Shown here piece by piece: positions 34,350-47,800 of a DNA stretch of 64,000 nt. The stretch spans positions 62,001 through 126,000 of the forward strand of contig DF237151.1 of assembly GCA_000708835.1 (NCBI GenBank), in the 5' to 3' direction. This stretch comes from Klebsormidium nitens (lineage: Eukaryota > Plantae > Klebsormidiophyceae). The first letter of the stretch is position 1. Each line of letters opens with the position of its first letter. Below the pieces are notes generated by a model, which saw nothing but the letters and a program-made list of their open reading frames with translations, was not told the DNA's origin and did not search any database. The position numbers and the translations under genes are program-made.

Positions 34350-36900
34350 AATCAACGCGATTGACAAAACCCGACATCGCCATGGGCCTCGCACTTAATG
34401 TGCTCTGTGCACGTGCCGATCGGTTGTGAATGGCTGAGTCTAGCCTGGCTGCGCTGCAAATTACTGACCGAGATGGAGAAATGCGCTGTAAACACGAAAC
34501 AACCTGTAAATGCCTGCAGCGCAACAACATTGAAGCTGCGCGACATGGCATGCTAAAGCTTATACATTCAAGAAAGACGATATCAGGGAGCTGAGTAAAG
34601 CCGCAAGTGGAGTGTCGAGCGGCTACAATCTTTGCACGTGGCCCGTCAGAGTTTTCTCGCATGCTCCTGATAAGGTGACAGTGGGACGAGATTGACCAAC
34701 TTAACACTTCCAGTATCGGAAACGTCAGCACCCAATACAACTTTGCTTGGGGCAAGTGCGACATATATGACGGCCCCAATATTTCGTTCGGTGCATCACA
34801 GTCAGAGTCACTGGCGTCGAACTACCAGCTTGCGAATCTGGAAGGGGTTTATAAAAAGTAACTGATAATCAACTAGGATCCGCAAAAGGCAGGCCGACCC
34901 TCCCACAGATTCATCTCGACACAGAAGACCGTCTCAAATATGCAACCATACAAGGAGACGTCGTCGGCTTGAATCTCAATCTTCAGCGACCACTGAGAAG
35001 CACGCTCCCCGGGCCGCTTTTTTAACCATACGCATACTCCAGGTTCGCTGTTTACCTGCCACGTCGTAATCCGAGCGTGCTCGATTGGCGGCGACCGCAG
35101 CAGCGTTATTGCTGCTTCATGATCACAGACGCCCAAAAGGCTGTTCGAGACCGCCATTCTCACCACTTCAACCAAACAGGTTTCGGGCTTCGAGTGGTAC
35201 ACGGATTCGTTTGCGCGCGGTTTGAGGAGGCGCCAGCATGACGGCTCAAGTGCATTTGGCTTTCAGAAAAACAAACTTCAACCAGAGCAGCATCAGTCCA
35301 AGCATGCGAGGACATGGGCGCCATTTGGTGGTCGCCCAGATCGAACCCTGCACTCGTCATTGCTGCACGTGCAATCTCATTGTTCTTTCCCTCGCGCCAG
35401 CAACTTTTCGACACCTTCAGAAACCGGACCAGCGTAATTAGATAAGCTTTCTGGACGGTAGTGAAGCCTACAAGACTGATGACAAGATCGCAAAGCGCGC
35501 AGTACACTGCTTAGAAAGTCAGAGAAAAAGAGGTCCAGAGGAACAAAGTGTTTCGAACCAGACAGAGTACGGTTGCCCAATCTGCCGCAAAAGAAACAGG
35601 CTTGCTAAACAAGGTGGATAAAATCCGTCCGAGCACGATTGAGAACGGATGGACATTCGAGTCCTCTGCCAGTTGGAGCTTGGGTCACGGCAAACGGGCT
35701 TCTCGAAAAGCACCAGAATAGTAGGGCTGACTTGCAGCATCAGCACGCAGACTTCGTGTGCGTGTGTGTGAGGCGCTTTTGATGTTCGCGCACCCAGGTC
35801 TTTCAGTGCATCACGGCTTTCGGGAAAAAGTTTCCACCTAAGTAGCAACTCGACTGCTGTCGAAATGGATGAAAGAAACTGAATTGTTTCATGTGAGTCG
35901 CTGGTTTTGCAAGCCAAACAGGTCGAAGAAGCCGACGAGCCCACCAAAGTTGCGAAGCTTAACAAAGAATTCAGTCCGAAAACAGAGTTCATAGAATCTT
36001 CAGTGGAACCATCCCCATTTGGTCGCAACTCCAAAGAGCTGACAATCAACGTCCCAACTTTGTTAAGGAAGGAATATTTGGTGCAACGAGGTGTTATCAA
36101 GGTCCGAGCATCAGACAGTCGCGCAGAGATTGTGGGGCATTCGCGATGCCCCGCTTACCGTCGCACCCGCACATCACTGCTTCGAAGCCATTAACTGGCT
36201 CTTGTGGTTATCTTAGCAAACCTGAGGACCGCTTCGATCAGAAGAGCTCTTCGGCCATCTGCTTAAAATACCATAGGTACCCTTTGGCCCCAACGGAGGT
36301 AAGTCCAGCTCCGCGGCGCCGGACGGAATCATCACAACAAGCAGCGGACGCCTCGATGACCGAAAACAAGGCTTTTGTACGTGTAGGATCTCGATCGATC
36401 TGGTGTGGTGCTTGTGTAGAAAGCTCAGATAGACTTAGCATTTAAGTAGGATTGAAGGAGACGGCTTCCCATCACAACATACGGCGCGGCGAAGAGTCAG
36501 ACCGCCGAGGAACAATGGACCGGGTTTGTCGACCGGGCGCAAAAACATCTCAGCCTTGTCAGAGGTTAAGCAAGTCTAGAGAAACTCAAAGCCAACATGA
36601 TGAATCCTAGGTAGATTTGCAACAGAATCAAAGTCGATTACTCATTATGTTCATGCAGTTATTTGCATAAAGGTCTTCCAGGACTTGGTGGATGAGGAAC
36701 GGATGAATGTGGCATCAAAGAAGAGCGTCATAGCCTGGAGCTCCGTCTTGCGTAGCCCCAGGCGTTTGCTCTCATCACGCCCTGTAAAGGTACGTACGCG
36801 GCTCTGGGTTTCAAGAAGGATGGATACTGAATCCAAGGAACGCCCACAGAACGCTCAGAACTACACCCCCAGATGCAACATGGGCTGTTCTGGATTGTGA
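34350..36900 (-). pseudogene. LRR gene relic, module L copy 1
   Basis: The 193-aa minus ORF 35519-36100 shows Leu periodicity (TLIVSSLELRP, VELLLRWKLFPESRDALKDL); nearby fragments read NIPSLTKL and FPILEVLSWS. Collinear with 47350-49720 and, over its core, with 40040-41300. Confidence 0.62.
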
Positions 36901-37099
36901 CCGCCCCACTGAATTCTACCCGCCCACTGCCGAAAACGATTCGAACTGTTTCAAAGATTCGATCTTTCTCGGTTGATCACGACAATCTTCAGAAATTTCT
37001 CTTGACTGATGGGAGTAAAAGTAAGCAGATCCGAGGCACGACTTCTAGGATGTACTTATCTGAGAAGGTTAAAGTTTTCCACAGGATGAAGCTGATTTT

Positions 37100-40000
37100 T
37101 CTGAAATTGACCAGATTCTGGCATACCACACACGTGCCTTCGAAGCTCGCGTTAAACTGTTGCCGCAGCGCCTCAAGACAAACCCGTCAAGGTGAAGAAA
37201 GCCCTTTGGTTTATTTGGTGCATGCTCTTTCCATCAAAGAGCAAGCTATGTCGTGCTTCGTAGCATCAGACGCGCTCCCTGAGTGCTTCTGGGACGCGCA
37301 AATGCGAGTGCGCCCAGTCTGGCAGGTACCTCATTGCTGCTTGCCCATCGTACTAAAAGGATAAGCCGAAGCAACGGATGGCTCACACGCATTTGAAGAA
37401 CGCCCATGACGTCCCTCTTGCACCGGCACGCTTGAACCATATTTTTCTCTTCCCCCCGTGGTTTGCCTTCAATCTGTTACTTATCCAATTATCTTTCGAT
37501 CAGATTTTCTGTACCCCGATGAGGCCTATATGGGGCTCAGCACGGACTGTCTCCTCCCGGCCATTAATAGCGACACACTAGGCGGTCGAAACGCGAGCAA
37601 GCCGGAAGAGGCCTCGCGAAGGAAGAGCATCAGACGTTCAAACGTTTTCGTCTCGCTGCATCGGGAGTCACGGAACCTCACAAAGTAACTTCAGACCATC
37701 TGTTCAGCCAAGGCCCATCTGTCAGAAACCAGGATATTATGAGGGCAGCACTCTTTTAGAGATGAACAGACTTCTCAGATGTCCATTTGAGCTTATGGTC
37801 TGAAACCGGCCCTTCTGCTCCCGGCCCATTGCGGTTTGGCTTCAATAAATCATTCAGACGCAAGCTAGTTAGGCTGAAGAACTCCGGCATCAGCAACTTG
37901 AGGGCAACTGGTACTGGGTGCCCGAGACCCAATCCCGCCTTACAAATCACAGCCGGCCGGCTGGTATTATCGGACTATACGCAACACCAGGCTCTCACAC
38001 AGGCTTGGCAAAGCCAGGCTTGTGCAAGAGATAGAAGCGAAGCTAGCAAAAAAGCTGGAAATGAATAGAAGTGGATGCTCGACATCCGTCAGATCGTCTC
38101 AGACGTCGCAATCAGGACGTTAAATGTGCACCATAAAAGTTTCTAAGCCTTGTAGAACGCATGGCCAGCTGTTCTACTAATCGAAACGGGTTCTAAGGGC
38201 AGCTTCAACGTCTATGTATGGAAAAAGACAACATTTCCAATTACGTGCATAACCACGTCTTGGTTGCCCACCAAGCCTCTCCCTTTTTATAGCTCTTCAA
38301 GAGTGAAGCAAAGGAAACAATCCTGATAGCAATCCTGATAGCGAATACTTCTGACGGCAAGCTCTTACTCCTTGCGCTTGTATCAATTGAGGGGATTTTG
38401 CCGAATGCAAACAAAACAACCGAACAATCGATGCTTGCCACGCAACACAGAGAGCGCCTTTAATCAAGTGCTTTTGGTACCAAGAAAGCAACTTCAACGG
38501 ACCGCCCACGACCGAAGCAAGCAGTGCTGAACGGAGCTCGTCTGTCCGCTAAAAACAACCACATCATGAAGAAGAGAAGTGCGATCGTACAATGCTAAGC
38601 AGAACTAGGGCCGGCGTCTTTTCGTATCTTTTTCACGCACCCTCAACGTTACAGCTTGTGATTTGGTAAGAACGGCTTCCGCATTTGCAAAGCGGACTGG
38701 CCAGGGCTTCTCAGATCTGATTGAAATAAATCGTCAACACTGCGTTCTCTAAGAAGTAGTAATGCATAGATGGCGCTGCAGGCATCACCCCTCCAAATAA
38801 GTCTTATTGAGACGGCATTTCGAGGCCTCAAAGTGATGAGCGCATCAATGCCGTGCCAAGAAAGCAAATACCGTTTGGGTCCGGTTGAGGACAACAGCCT
38901 CACTGGCAACGAGGAGCGCAAGGCGCCGAAGTTATCAACAACGGGCGACTTGAGCCGAGTGACGGCTGCGAAACTCACTGCGTGGCAGGGAAACGGTGGG
39001 TCTCAAAGTATGCGCACCACGGCAAAGGCTTCACAAGTTGCTCAACCAACTGGACGTAGACAGTCTCATAAAGGATCCACAAACTGAAGTAAGGATTAGA
39101 GATCGCCAAAGTATGCGATCACAGGCGCTCGCGACCGCAAACTTGCGATCGACACAGAGTTCGTGGCCTGGCTTCTCAAGAACGCAGCACTCTTTGGCAT
39201 AAGGCAACCAAAGCGTTCGCTACCATTTACTTCCAGCGGAAGTTTGCTTGGGGGCTCCCCATTCGTGATTGTGCGTCACTGCTCCATGCAAGCATTCCCA
39301 AATCGAAGGCATACAGATTTCACAATCACTTAACCAGGGTCGCCAAAAGTGCAGATTGAGCGGAACATGAACGAGCGTCCCTGAAAAGCGTTAGTGTCCG
39401 GAAGAGATGGGGCCGAGTAACGCGGGGGGACTCTAAATTCCCTGGCTCCGAGGTTCTTGCAAACTAGAAAGGCATAAATCACGCTGCGGAATATTAGTTA
39501 GGATTCGAGCAACAAATGAAGACGAACCGCCAACCCGAAACATGCGGCTGCAACACTTGCAGACCGGCCCAGTGTCATCGTGACAGGGCTATAATCTCAA
39601 TAGTTGGCGTGCTTTTGAAGGAAGCGAAGCACCGCTTGATGAGAACCTTCCCGCCACGTGTACGGCTCATCGTGAGATGCTCTGGCAAACGAGCAACTTT
39701 GGCCGGGCGACCTTGAAACTTTTCAGGTGCCCCAGCCCAGACTGCGCACATCATGGCCGCATCACGACAGCCGGACAAATCCTCGCTTAACTTCAGAACC
39801 GAGTTATTGCGCCATGTATGGCGCACTTGTTTCTGAGGGTACAGAGTTCCGCTCTGGTCTATTTGAACCTTCTTTTTCAACTTTGGACGTCGTGACCGGG
39901 CCTACGGCCTTAAATGGCACAGAGTTCGACCCATACACAATTCGGCAAGCCTTTCTTTTCATTTGACACGTGTTTAGAGAAGTTGAGGTATGGATACCGG

Positions 40001-41400
40001 CCAGTACTTGAGTGTCACTGCGAATCGATCGAAGATTTTACTATTTAGTAGGAGACCACTCGATTTGCCGGGGACCGCAACAACGTTATTGCTGCCTCGC
40101 AGATGCCCAAAAGACTTTTCGAGGACGCCCTGTTCACCACTTCAACCAAAAGGTGTCGGGCTTCGAGTGGTACACGGATTTGTCTGCGCGCGGTTTGAGG
40201 AGGCGCCAGCATAACGTCTCAAGTGCAGTTGGCTTTTAGGAGAAAAACTCTAGAACCACAGTAGCATCAGTGCAGCGGGATCGGACATGGGCGCCAGTTG
40301 GCGCCTTTCCCGAACCCGGCACGCGTCATTGCTGCTCACAATCTGGTAGCTCTCTTGACACGCGCCAGCAATTGTCCACGTCGGGATCCGGATCAGCGTG
40401 AATAGATAGAGATCTCTGGACGGTAGTGAAAGGCGACGCGATAGCAAAGCGTGCATTACACGTCTCAGGAAGTTGGAGAGATTGAAGACCAAAAGAACGA
40501 AAGCCTTTCGAGGCAGAGTAAGGCCGCCGGATCCGCTGCAAAGAGACGGGCTTGTAAGAGCAGGTGGCAATCAATCCATCCGGAAAAGTTTCGAAGAGGA
40601 AAACGAACGATGGCGTTCTTTTCTGGGGCACGTCAGATAAGCTATACATCCGCCAGATTAGTGTGGCCGAACTGTGGCATCAGCACGAGATTCAGACAGA
40701 CGTGTGAGGCGCTTTTGATATACGCTCACCCAAGTTCTCCAGTGCATCACAGCTTTGAAACAATCACCCGACCAACCAGCAACTCGACGGCTGTGGAAAC
40801 AAAAACTTAAATTCTAAGAATGAATGCTTACAATCGGAGGAATCGTCTCATGTGGATTGATGACTCTGCAATGCAAGCCGAAAGTTCGAAGGATTCGAAT
40901 GGCCCACAAACGAGAAGCTTCGAATAAGGTCGGTTTCGAACGGATTTTTTACAATGTTCAGCATGCGGCACCATCACCACTTGTTTGCGACTCCAAAGCG
41001 CTGACAATCAACCCAACTCTTTTGAGGAAGAGATGGTGCGACGAGGTGATAAAGGTCCGAGCATCAGACGGTCCCGATCAGCGAAATGTTGGGGCAAGCT
41101 TTATCATGCCCCGCTTAATCCTGCACACGTACATCCTTGCTTTGAGGCAATTTTCCCTTTTTCAATCATATTGTTATTGCGGATCTTGGAAAGACGTTGT
41201 AATCTTTCAGAAGAGCTCCTCTAAATGAGAAGAAATCTGCTGACGTCCTCTCTTTAATTTAAGTTCTGCAGAGAGTAGTATCAGAGTTCTGATAATCGGA
41301 CTACTGAGCTTTCGATCACGAAGCCCCGTTTTGCCACGCTCATCACTGCTGCTAGGCAGCTTTCCCGGACACCATCAAACGCCTGTTGGATGATCCAAAG
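37100..41400 (-). pseudogene. Relic modules M+L, direct repeat of 44850-49300
   Basis: Anchors 37305/44975, 38100/45640, 38878/46289, 39720/47150 and 40326/48177 (offset 7.4-7.8 kb); disrupted frames. Confidence 0.62.
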
Positions 41401-44400
41401 TTTAAATCTGCAGAGACCGCCGGCAAAAGGCTGACTCTGTTTGATGAGAGCGTTTCAAGGTCGACCATTCATATTGTATTGACAACGTTGGACCTTGGTT
41501 ACAGACTTGATCGATCAGAAGTCGAGGACGCCAAGCGACGGATTCCAGGCAAGCAAACTTGCCAACAAAAAGCACGTTGACGAGTAAACGAGGCCGCATC
41601 TTTTGGATTCACAGCAACGTCGGTGTAGAGAATATATCTATGACCGCCTTCGCACACACTAATGCTGGGGCACCAATTTTGGGTCTCCAGCAAAAATCTG
41701 GTGCTCGTCAATATTATTGCTGCTTGCGACTTGGCAGGCGCTATTTAGCGCTGGTCTAACAGTCTCCATACAAATTTTGGCGGTTCGGAAAAAGTTATCC
41801 TGGAAGATGACGAGCGCATGAGCTTGAAATAGAAGAACGCGCAATATCTGAACGAGCTCGAAATGGAAGGAAACGGCCACATCAATATTGTGACCCGTAA
41901 ACCTGACCGGATACCACCAGTCCAACGAAACGGTAATAAACAGTCGACTCGTGAAAGCACAGCCCACCGCAGTCCTCCGCGGACTGAGTTGGAAGCGTTC
42001 TTGAGTATGTAGATGATCTTCTGAAGAGGAATTCGTTGAGTCATGCGAAACGTTTGCTACTTTCCTTAAACTAGAAGGCCGGGGTGCTCTGGGGCATCAG
42101 TATCTTATGGTTATGTTCGCTTAAGGCACTGTATAGAAACACGTGCCTCGTTTCTTCTAGTGCTGCATCAAGGCTCTCCTTCATACGCTTAGCCGGCTTC
42201 ATGGGGACGAGATGGCTGTGGAAGGAATTCAAACAGTGAACTTAGGAGAGTGTTTCATAAAAATCACTCAATCTGCATGTATTGAACAATCTTGACAGTG
42301 AAGGGTGGAAGCATGTATGCGCCTCCAAGAAGCGTAAAACTCTGAAAAATCCAGTCTCAGATACTCTAGGGGATGAGATAATCATCTCAATCGTTTGCGG
42401 TTCCAAGTGTAACTGTCAGTGGATAAGCGATATATGTGCAACGAGGTTGGCGCTGGACGGAGCGTCAGGTCGCACAAAATCGAGAAGATACTTGAGCTTT
42501 TCCGATGCCCAACTTGTGGGTGCACATCATTGCTTCCGGGCAGGTCTCCTGATTATTATCGAATAAAGTTTCTCAGACTGAGTAATGAGCACCGCCATCG
42601 ACCGTTCCGAAGCAAGTAAACAAAGATTTTAAAGTTCGCCAAAACGTACAACACGAGTGCTTCTACACCAAATATGTCAATGGGAGCATGCGAACTCAGC
42701 TATGCCACTAGCCAGATTCCTTAACGCACTCGTCACACCGGCGATTTCTCTGGCGCTGGTATTGGGCCTAGTTGCCAATGAATGGGACTTTCCCTGACGG
42801 GCCTTGCTCATAAAAGAAAAGCGGCATGTCTTCGGTTTAAGCAGCACCAAGCTTGCAAGCCACGAAAAGAAGGTGGTATGGAGGGCCAATTAACTCAAGT
42901 TCTTCCCCAGTGTTCGGCACTGTCGTCATCGCTGCTCGTAGATTAACAGCAGGTGAAGGTCGCCCCCACAGTCGCCCCGTGCAGGCAGTCAATTGTCGAA
43001 GAAACAACAGTGCATGGTCAAGCTGCCAGGCACGGCCTCTTTTCAAATTGGACGAGCATTCAAAACCGCTAGGACCTCTCCTTGTCTAGTCAGAGAGCCT
43101 CTGATGAAAGGCATTATTCAACGCACGTGCGCATGTGGGCAGCCGCATGCAGAGTATGAAATCGTGGGTCTCAAGCACCATAAGAACTTTCTGAAGCAGA
43201 AGACTGCATACACGAAGTGTGCCCTAGCTCAGTATTATTGCCCATGTGGCGCAAGAAGAAACTTCGAGTCTCTCAACAGAGGAAGGAAGCAGCGGAGGTG
43301 GGCAGTTGTATATCGGGAGTGTTTGGTCACGAGGTTGATGCCCCATGGAGGGCGCAAGAGGGCGTCAGAACCTAGAAAACTTCATCATGGGCAATTAGAG
43401 TGCCCAAGCCTCGATCCATCTCAGCCGCTCGGCAAGCTTGGGAAGTGGCTTCCATTGCAAGTGGGAAAATTGAGTTGGTGCGCGCATTCAAGTTGCTCAA
43501 TCTAAATAACGTTGGCATGCTCTGAAGGTATTTAAGCAGAAGCAAGACTCAGAGCTGGGTCAGAAGCTGGAAAACTGACCTTCTGCTGCAAGGCCAGGCA
43601 GCCTTACGACCCGAAATTGAGCGGAAAGTGAAACCAGAAGAAAATTGGAGAGAAGCGTCCCTGGTGGGTCATATTGGAAAGAAGTTGCGACTCAAGTTTT
43701 AGCAAGACTGCGATCCCATTGGATATCAATCGTGCTCGGAAGTCAAGACGCCAGGTTGCTCAACCTTGACGCCGACTGACCAAAGATAAGGCCCACAAGG
43801 GCTCCTTCGGAAGATTCTTCATGCATCAAACATGAAGTGTCCAGAACATTATTTTCTGTTTCAGCCCGCACGGTTTGCAGCATCGGTGCGTACTCACCAG
43901 CACAAACTGTGGTCTTCAACAAGTCGTACCCCAATGGTTATTCCTCATTGAGCACTCTCTGAGGATCCCCTACGCTTTCGATTTGGACCAAGAACTGTGT
44001 CAACACATCCGCAAGACAGTCAGACAGCAACAGACACCTAGGGTTTCAAGGTACTCTCCTTGGGCCGGATTATTTTCTCGGTCAGACGCTTCCTGGCAAG
44101 CGGTTAACGCTGCCTCTTGGCACAAAAACTGCCAAAACTTGCCCCCGTACTCTTCGCATCCAGACAGACATCGAGAATCCGCCATCAGGGAGTGACGCAC
44201 AAACGAAATCGCCATGAGTCAAGGTACGAACAGATGGCGCAGCAAAAATAGATAGAATCTTCGCGAGAAAAAGGACATCGATCGTCTGTGGAGCACAAGC
44301 AAAGTAACATACGAGCGCAACAATCGTTCCTGTCAGCGCAGCTTCTCGGACGCTCCATGGCGTGACTTTTGGTTGGACGGTGCAGAAAGTAGTCCAACTC

Positions 44401-44800
44401 TATTCTCGAGCACGATCATAAGCAACGCGCCGGAGGCCGCGTGAACAGCATCATTGAAAATCTGAGGAGATCTCTTACCGAACGAGTGCGCTACAAAAAG
44501 ATGAATGCATCGTCACTTGTCTTCTAGGTACGTTCAAATGGAAGTAGAACGGTTAATTTCAAGCCCCTGTCATCTGTGACGTCATGCCCATATTCACCGG
44601 GACCACCCTTGAAGCTAATTCTGTGTAGCTAACGTGGAAAACAGTTGGAACTCTATCACAAGACGTATTTTTCGCTGTGTCGATTGCACAGAACGGTCAA
44701 AAGAAACCCCTCAGAAGCGGCGAGGCCACATTTATAAAAGAGATTACTGCGAGGCACGCATAACAATCTGGAGGCAAGTTGTACACTCTGCGAAACTCAA
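41400..44800 (-). pseudogene. More diverged relics of the same family
   Basis: Family motifs at about 41715, 42520 (gtgcacatcattgcttc, also at 50925) and 42924 (LRAAMT on minus). No intact frame. Confidence 0.4.
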
Positions 44801-44849
44801 CATTCTGAGATCAACGAAAGCCTGACTCGAGTCAAACGTGCCTTAGAAG

Positions 44850-47800
44850 CCCACCTTCCATAGCTGCGGTTGGTCACCAAAGACTATTTTCAAGATTAGC
44901 GAAGCTTTAGGTGCTGAATAAGCAGAATCGTGCTTCGTAGCATCAGACTCGTCTTTAGCCTTGCCTCTAGGATTCGAGAGCGCCCATTCTGGCAGTTGCC
45001 TCATTGCTGCTTGCAAATCGTACGTATCAAAGACTAACCCTGAAGCAACGGATGGCCCACGAGCCTGTAACGAGCGCCCGTGACGTTGCTCACGCAAATA
45101 CTTGGAAAGAAAGGTGACGCACAAGACCGTAAAGTGCAGACGCGCCGAAACAGGCCCCGGCAAAGCAAAAGCGTATCACAAATCTTTTTTTGCTGCGCTG
45201 AGAGTTACGGAAACTGACAAAGTACCTTTGGCAAACCTGTTCATAAATTAGCAAGGCGCACAATTAAATGGGAACCAGGATATAACAAGGCCCGAAGATT
45301 TTCAAACCCCGCGTAGAACTGCTAAACAATATTGAATGGGCCGTTACCGCACTTCGTCAAAGGCCCGCCCCGTTTAATTGTGCTCCATCCGTCTCGTTTA
45401 ATTGGAACCTCAAGGTATCAGTCGCACAAGCCATTGCTACTTAGATTAATCAATTTCGGCATCAGAAAAAGAAAGAAGCTGTAACTGCAGTGGGGCGCGA
45501 GGCCCCAATTCCGCCTTGCACATCACAGCCGGTTGGCATCCCCGCAAACTCAAATACCACTGGTAGGCTCTCTTGGATCTTGAAAGCAAAGCTAGCCAAC
45601 AAACTGAGAGTAAATAGAAGCGGATGTTTAATAATTATCAGACGTCACAATAGGACGTTCAAATGTGCACCGTCAAAAGATTGAAGCCTTGCAATACGTG
45701 TCCAGCTGTATCAGCGTAACGTATTTCAAGAACAGCATCAATGGAGGGAAAACGACGATAAGCCCACTAGGTCGCTCACAAAGGCTCGTCCCTCGTAGTC
45801 GCTCTTCGTTAAACACAGATCAGAGGAGGTTCTTCTGATAGCAAATACTGCACCCGGCAAGATCGGATTGGTTCGCTTTGATGATTGAGGACATTGAAAG
45901 AGTGCAAACAAAAGCAACCAAGCAATCGATGCTTACCACGTACGCAATTTGAAGAGCGCCGTTAAAGCAAATAGTTTCTGTGACACGAAAGGAACTTCAA
46001 AGACCGCGGCCAACGCGGATGAAGAAAATAGTGGTGAAAGGTGCTCGTCAGTCCGCTAAAACAATCGCATCATGGAGGAAAGAAGTCGATCGTAGAATAT
46101 AAAGCACAAGGGCTGGCGTGTCTTTTTGTATCTTTTTCACGCACCCTCGATCAACGTCACAGTTTGGGTTTGGTAAGAACCGACGTCCGCATTCGCAAAG
46201 AGGACGTGCGAGGGCTTTCTGAAGGTGGGAAAGATTCAAACACCTGTCAACACTGCGCTTTTAAAATAAAAAGGTTGAAACCCATCAGGTCCGGTTGAGA
46301 CAAACAGCCTCACTGGCAACGAGTAGCGCGAACGCCGAGATTGTTGTGGAAATGAAGTGGAGCATATTGAGATGGCTGCGCGCAACTGAGCGTGACAGGG
46401 AAAACGGCGGTCTCGATCGAGTCCGCACGCCACGGCAAAATTTCAAACGTCGCTCAGACCAAACAATGTAAGGCAGTCTGATGAAGTATCCGAGTCCAAA
46501 AGTCGAAGGGTTGAATCCATGAAGCATAATACATCTGCTACCTTTCAAGTCTCATTCGCCCAAAAGCCTTTGGACATGGGCCCGCATGGCTCAATCTCAA
46601 AGACAAAACACTCATTTCAGGTCATAGGGCAATCAGAGCGTCTGGTATTCTTCCCTTACTGAGAAGTCTTGTGGGCTCCCCAAAGATTGTGCGTCATTGC
46701 TATCTGCGAGCAGCCCCAAACCAAAGGCAGGAGTAATCCGAGACGACTTTACGAGGATCGTCAAACATGCAAATGGAAAGGAACATGAGAAGCGTCCAGA
46801 AAAGGCCCGGGCTTCAGCGTCCGGGAGAGATGAGGCCGAAACAATCTGGACATGCAGAATCTAACATTTGGACCGAGGTCCTTCCAGAATACTACTGAGA
46901 AACCACGCTGGGGATTCAAAAGTCGAAGATCCGAGCATCGGACAAAGACGAAAGTCCTATTTAGATCAGGTTGCACCACTTGCAAGACAGACCGGTCCCA
47001 CGTCATCTCGACAAGGCTACAATTTCCATGTTAGCTGGCTTGCTTTTCGAAGGATTCTACGTGCCGCCTGATGGGAACGTGCCTGCCACGTAAAGGGCTC
47101 ATCGTGCGGTGACCAAATGGAGCAATCTTGGGGGAAACTTGGGATTTTATCAGGTGCCCCAGCCCAGACTGCACATCATAGCCGCATGACGATGCAAAGA
47201 GCCCTCTTCAAAACGGTGTCCTTACATGCATTTTCACGTGCTTTGTAAACACGTTGGAAGACTGCTGTTTCAAGGAAGGGTGCACCTCGAAGCGACCCCT
47301 GCGCTCTTTCCACTCTCAGGCTTTCATGTGAAAAAAGACTTCTCTTTCGACGTTTAATGTGTCACCTTGGAGGAACTTTGGTAGAGCTGGTTCCGCGATG
47401 TTAGCAGAAGTAAGATTGAAGAGGAAAGGGATCTTTCGGCCTTACAAGACGCCAGGTCAGCCTTTTGGATGCTACTCACAACATAATGTGCCTGAAAGCA
47501 GGCAGGGATCATTTCCAAGTTTTCGTTTGACGATGTTGACCAACTTAAATCTCCGGAAACCGGAAATGTCAGCAGCATTCCACCCTGCCTGAGGCAAGTG
47601 CAACTATGACGCCCCAATTGTTTCCGGTGCATCACAGTCACAATTGCTGGCTACAAAACCCCAGCTAAAGGGCTTGGTGTGAATTGTTGAAAAGAAGACC
47701 GCGAAATGCAGGGCAAAGTCCTCTACGCACAGACCATTAAGTATGGACATTAGTAAAGCTGTCTCATGTAAGCAACCTCGTGCCAAGGAACGCTGCAGGC

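Noticed and set aside
42993-43505. CxCG...CxCG zinc-finger-like plus-strand ORF
   Set aside because: Lies antisense to and beside family-motif-bearing relic sequence; no paralogue or splice support, so probably chance.
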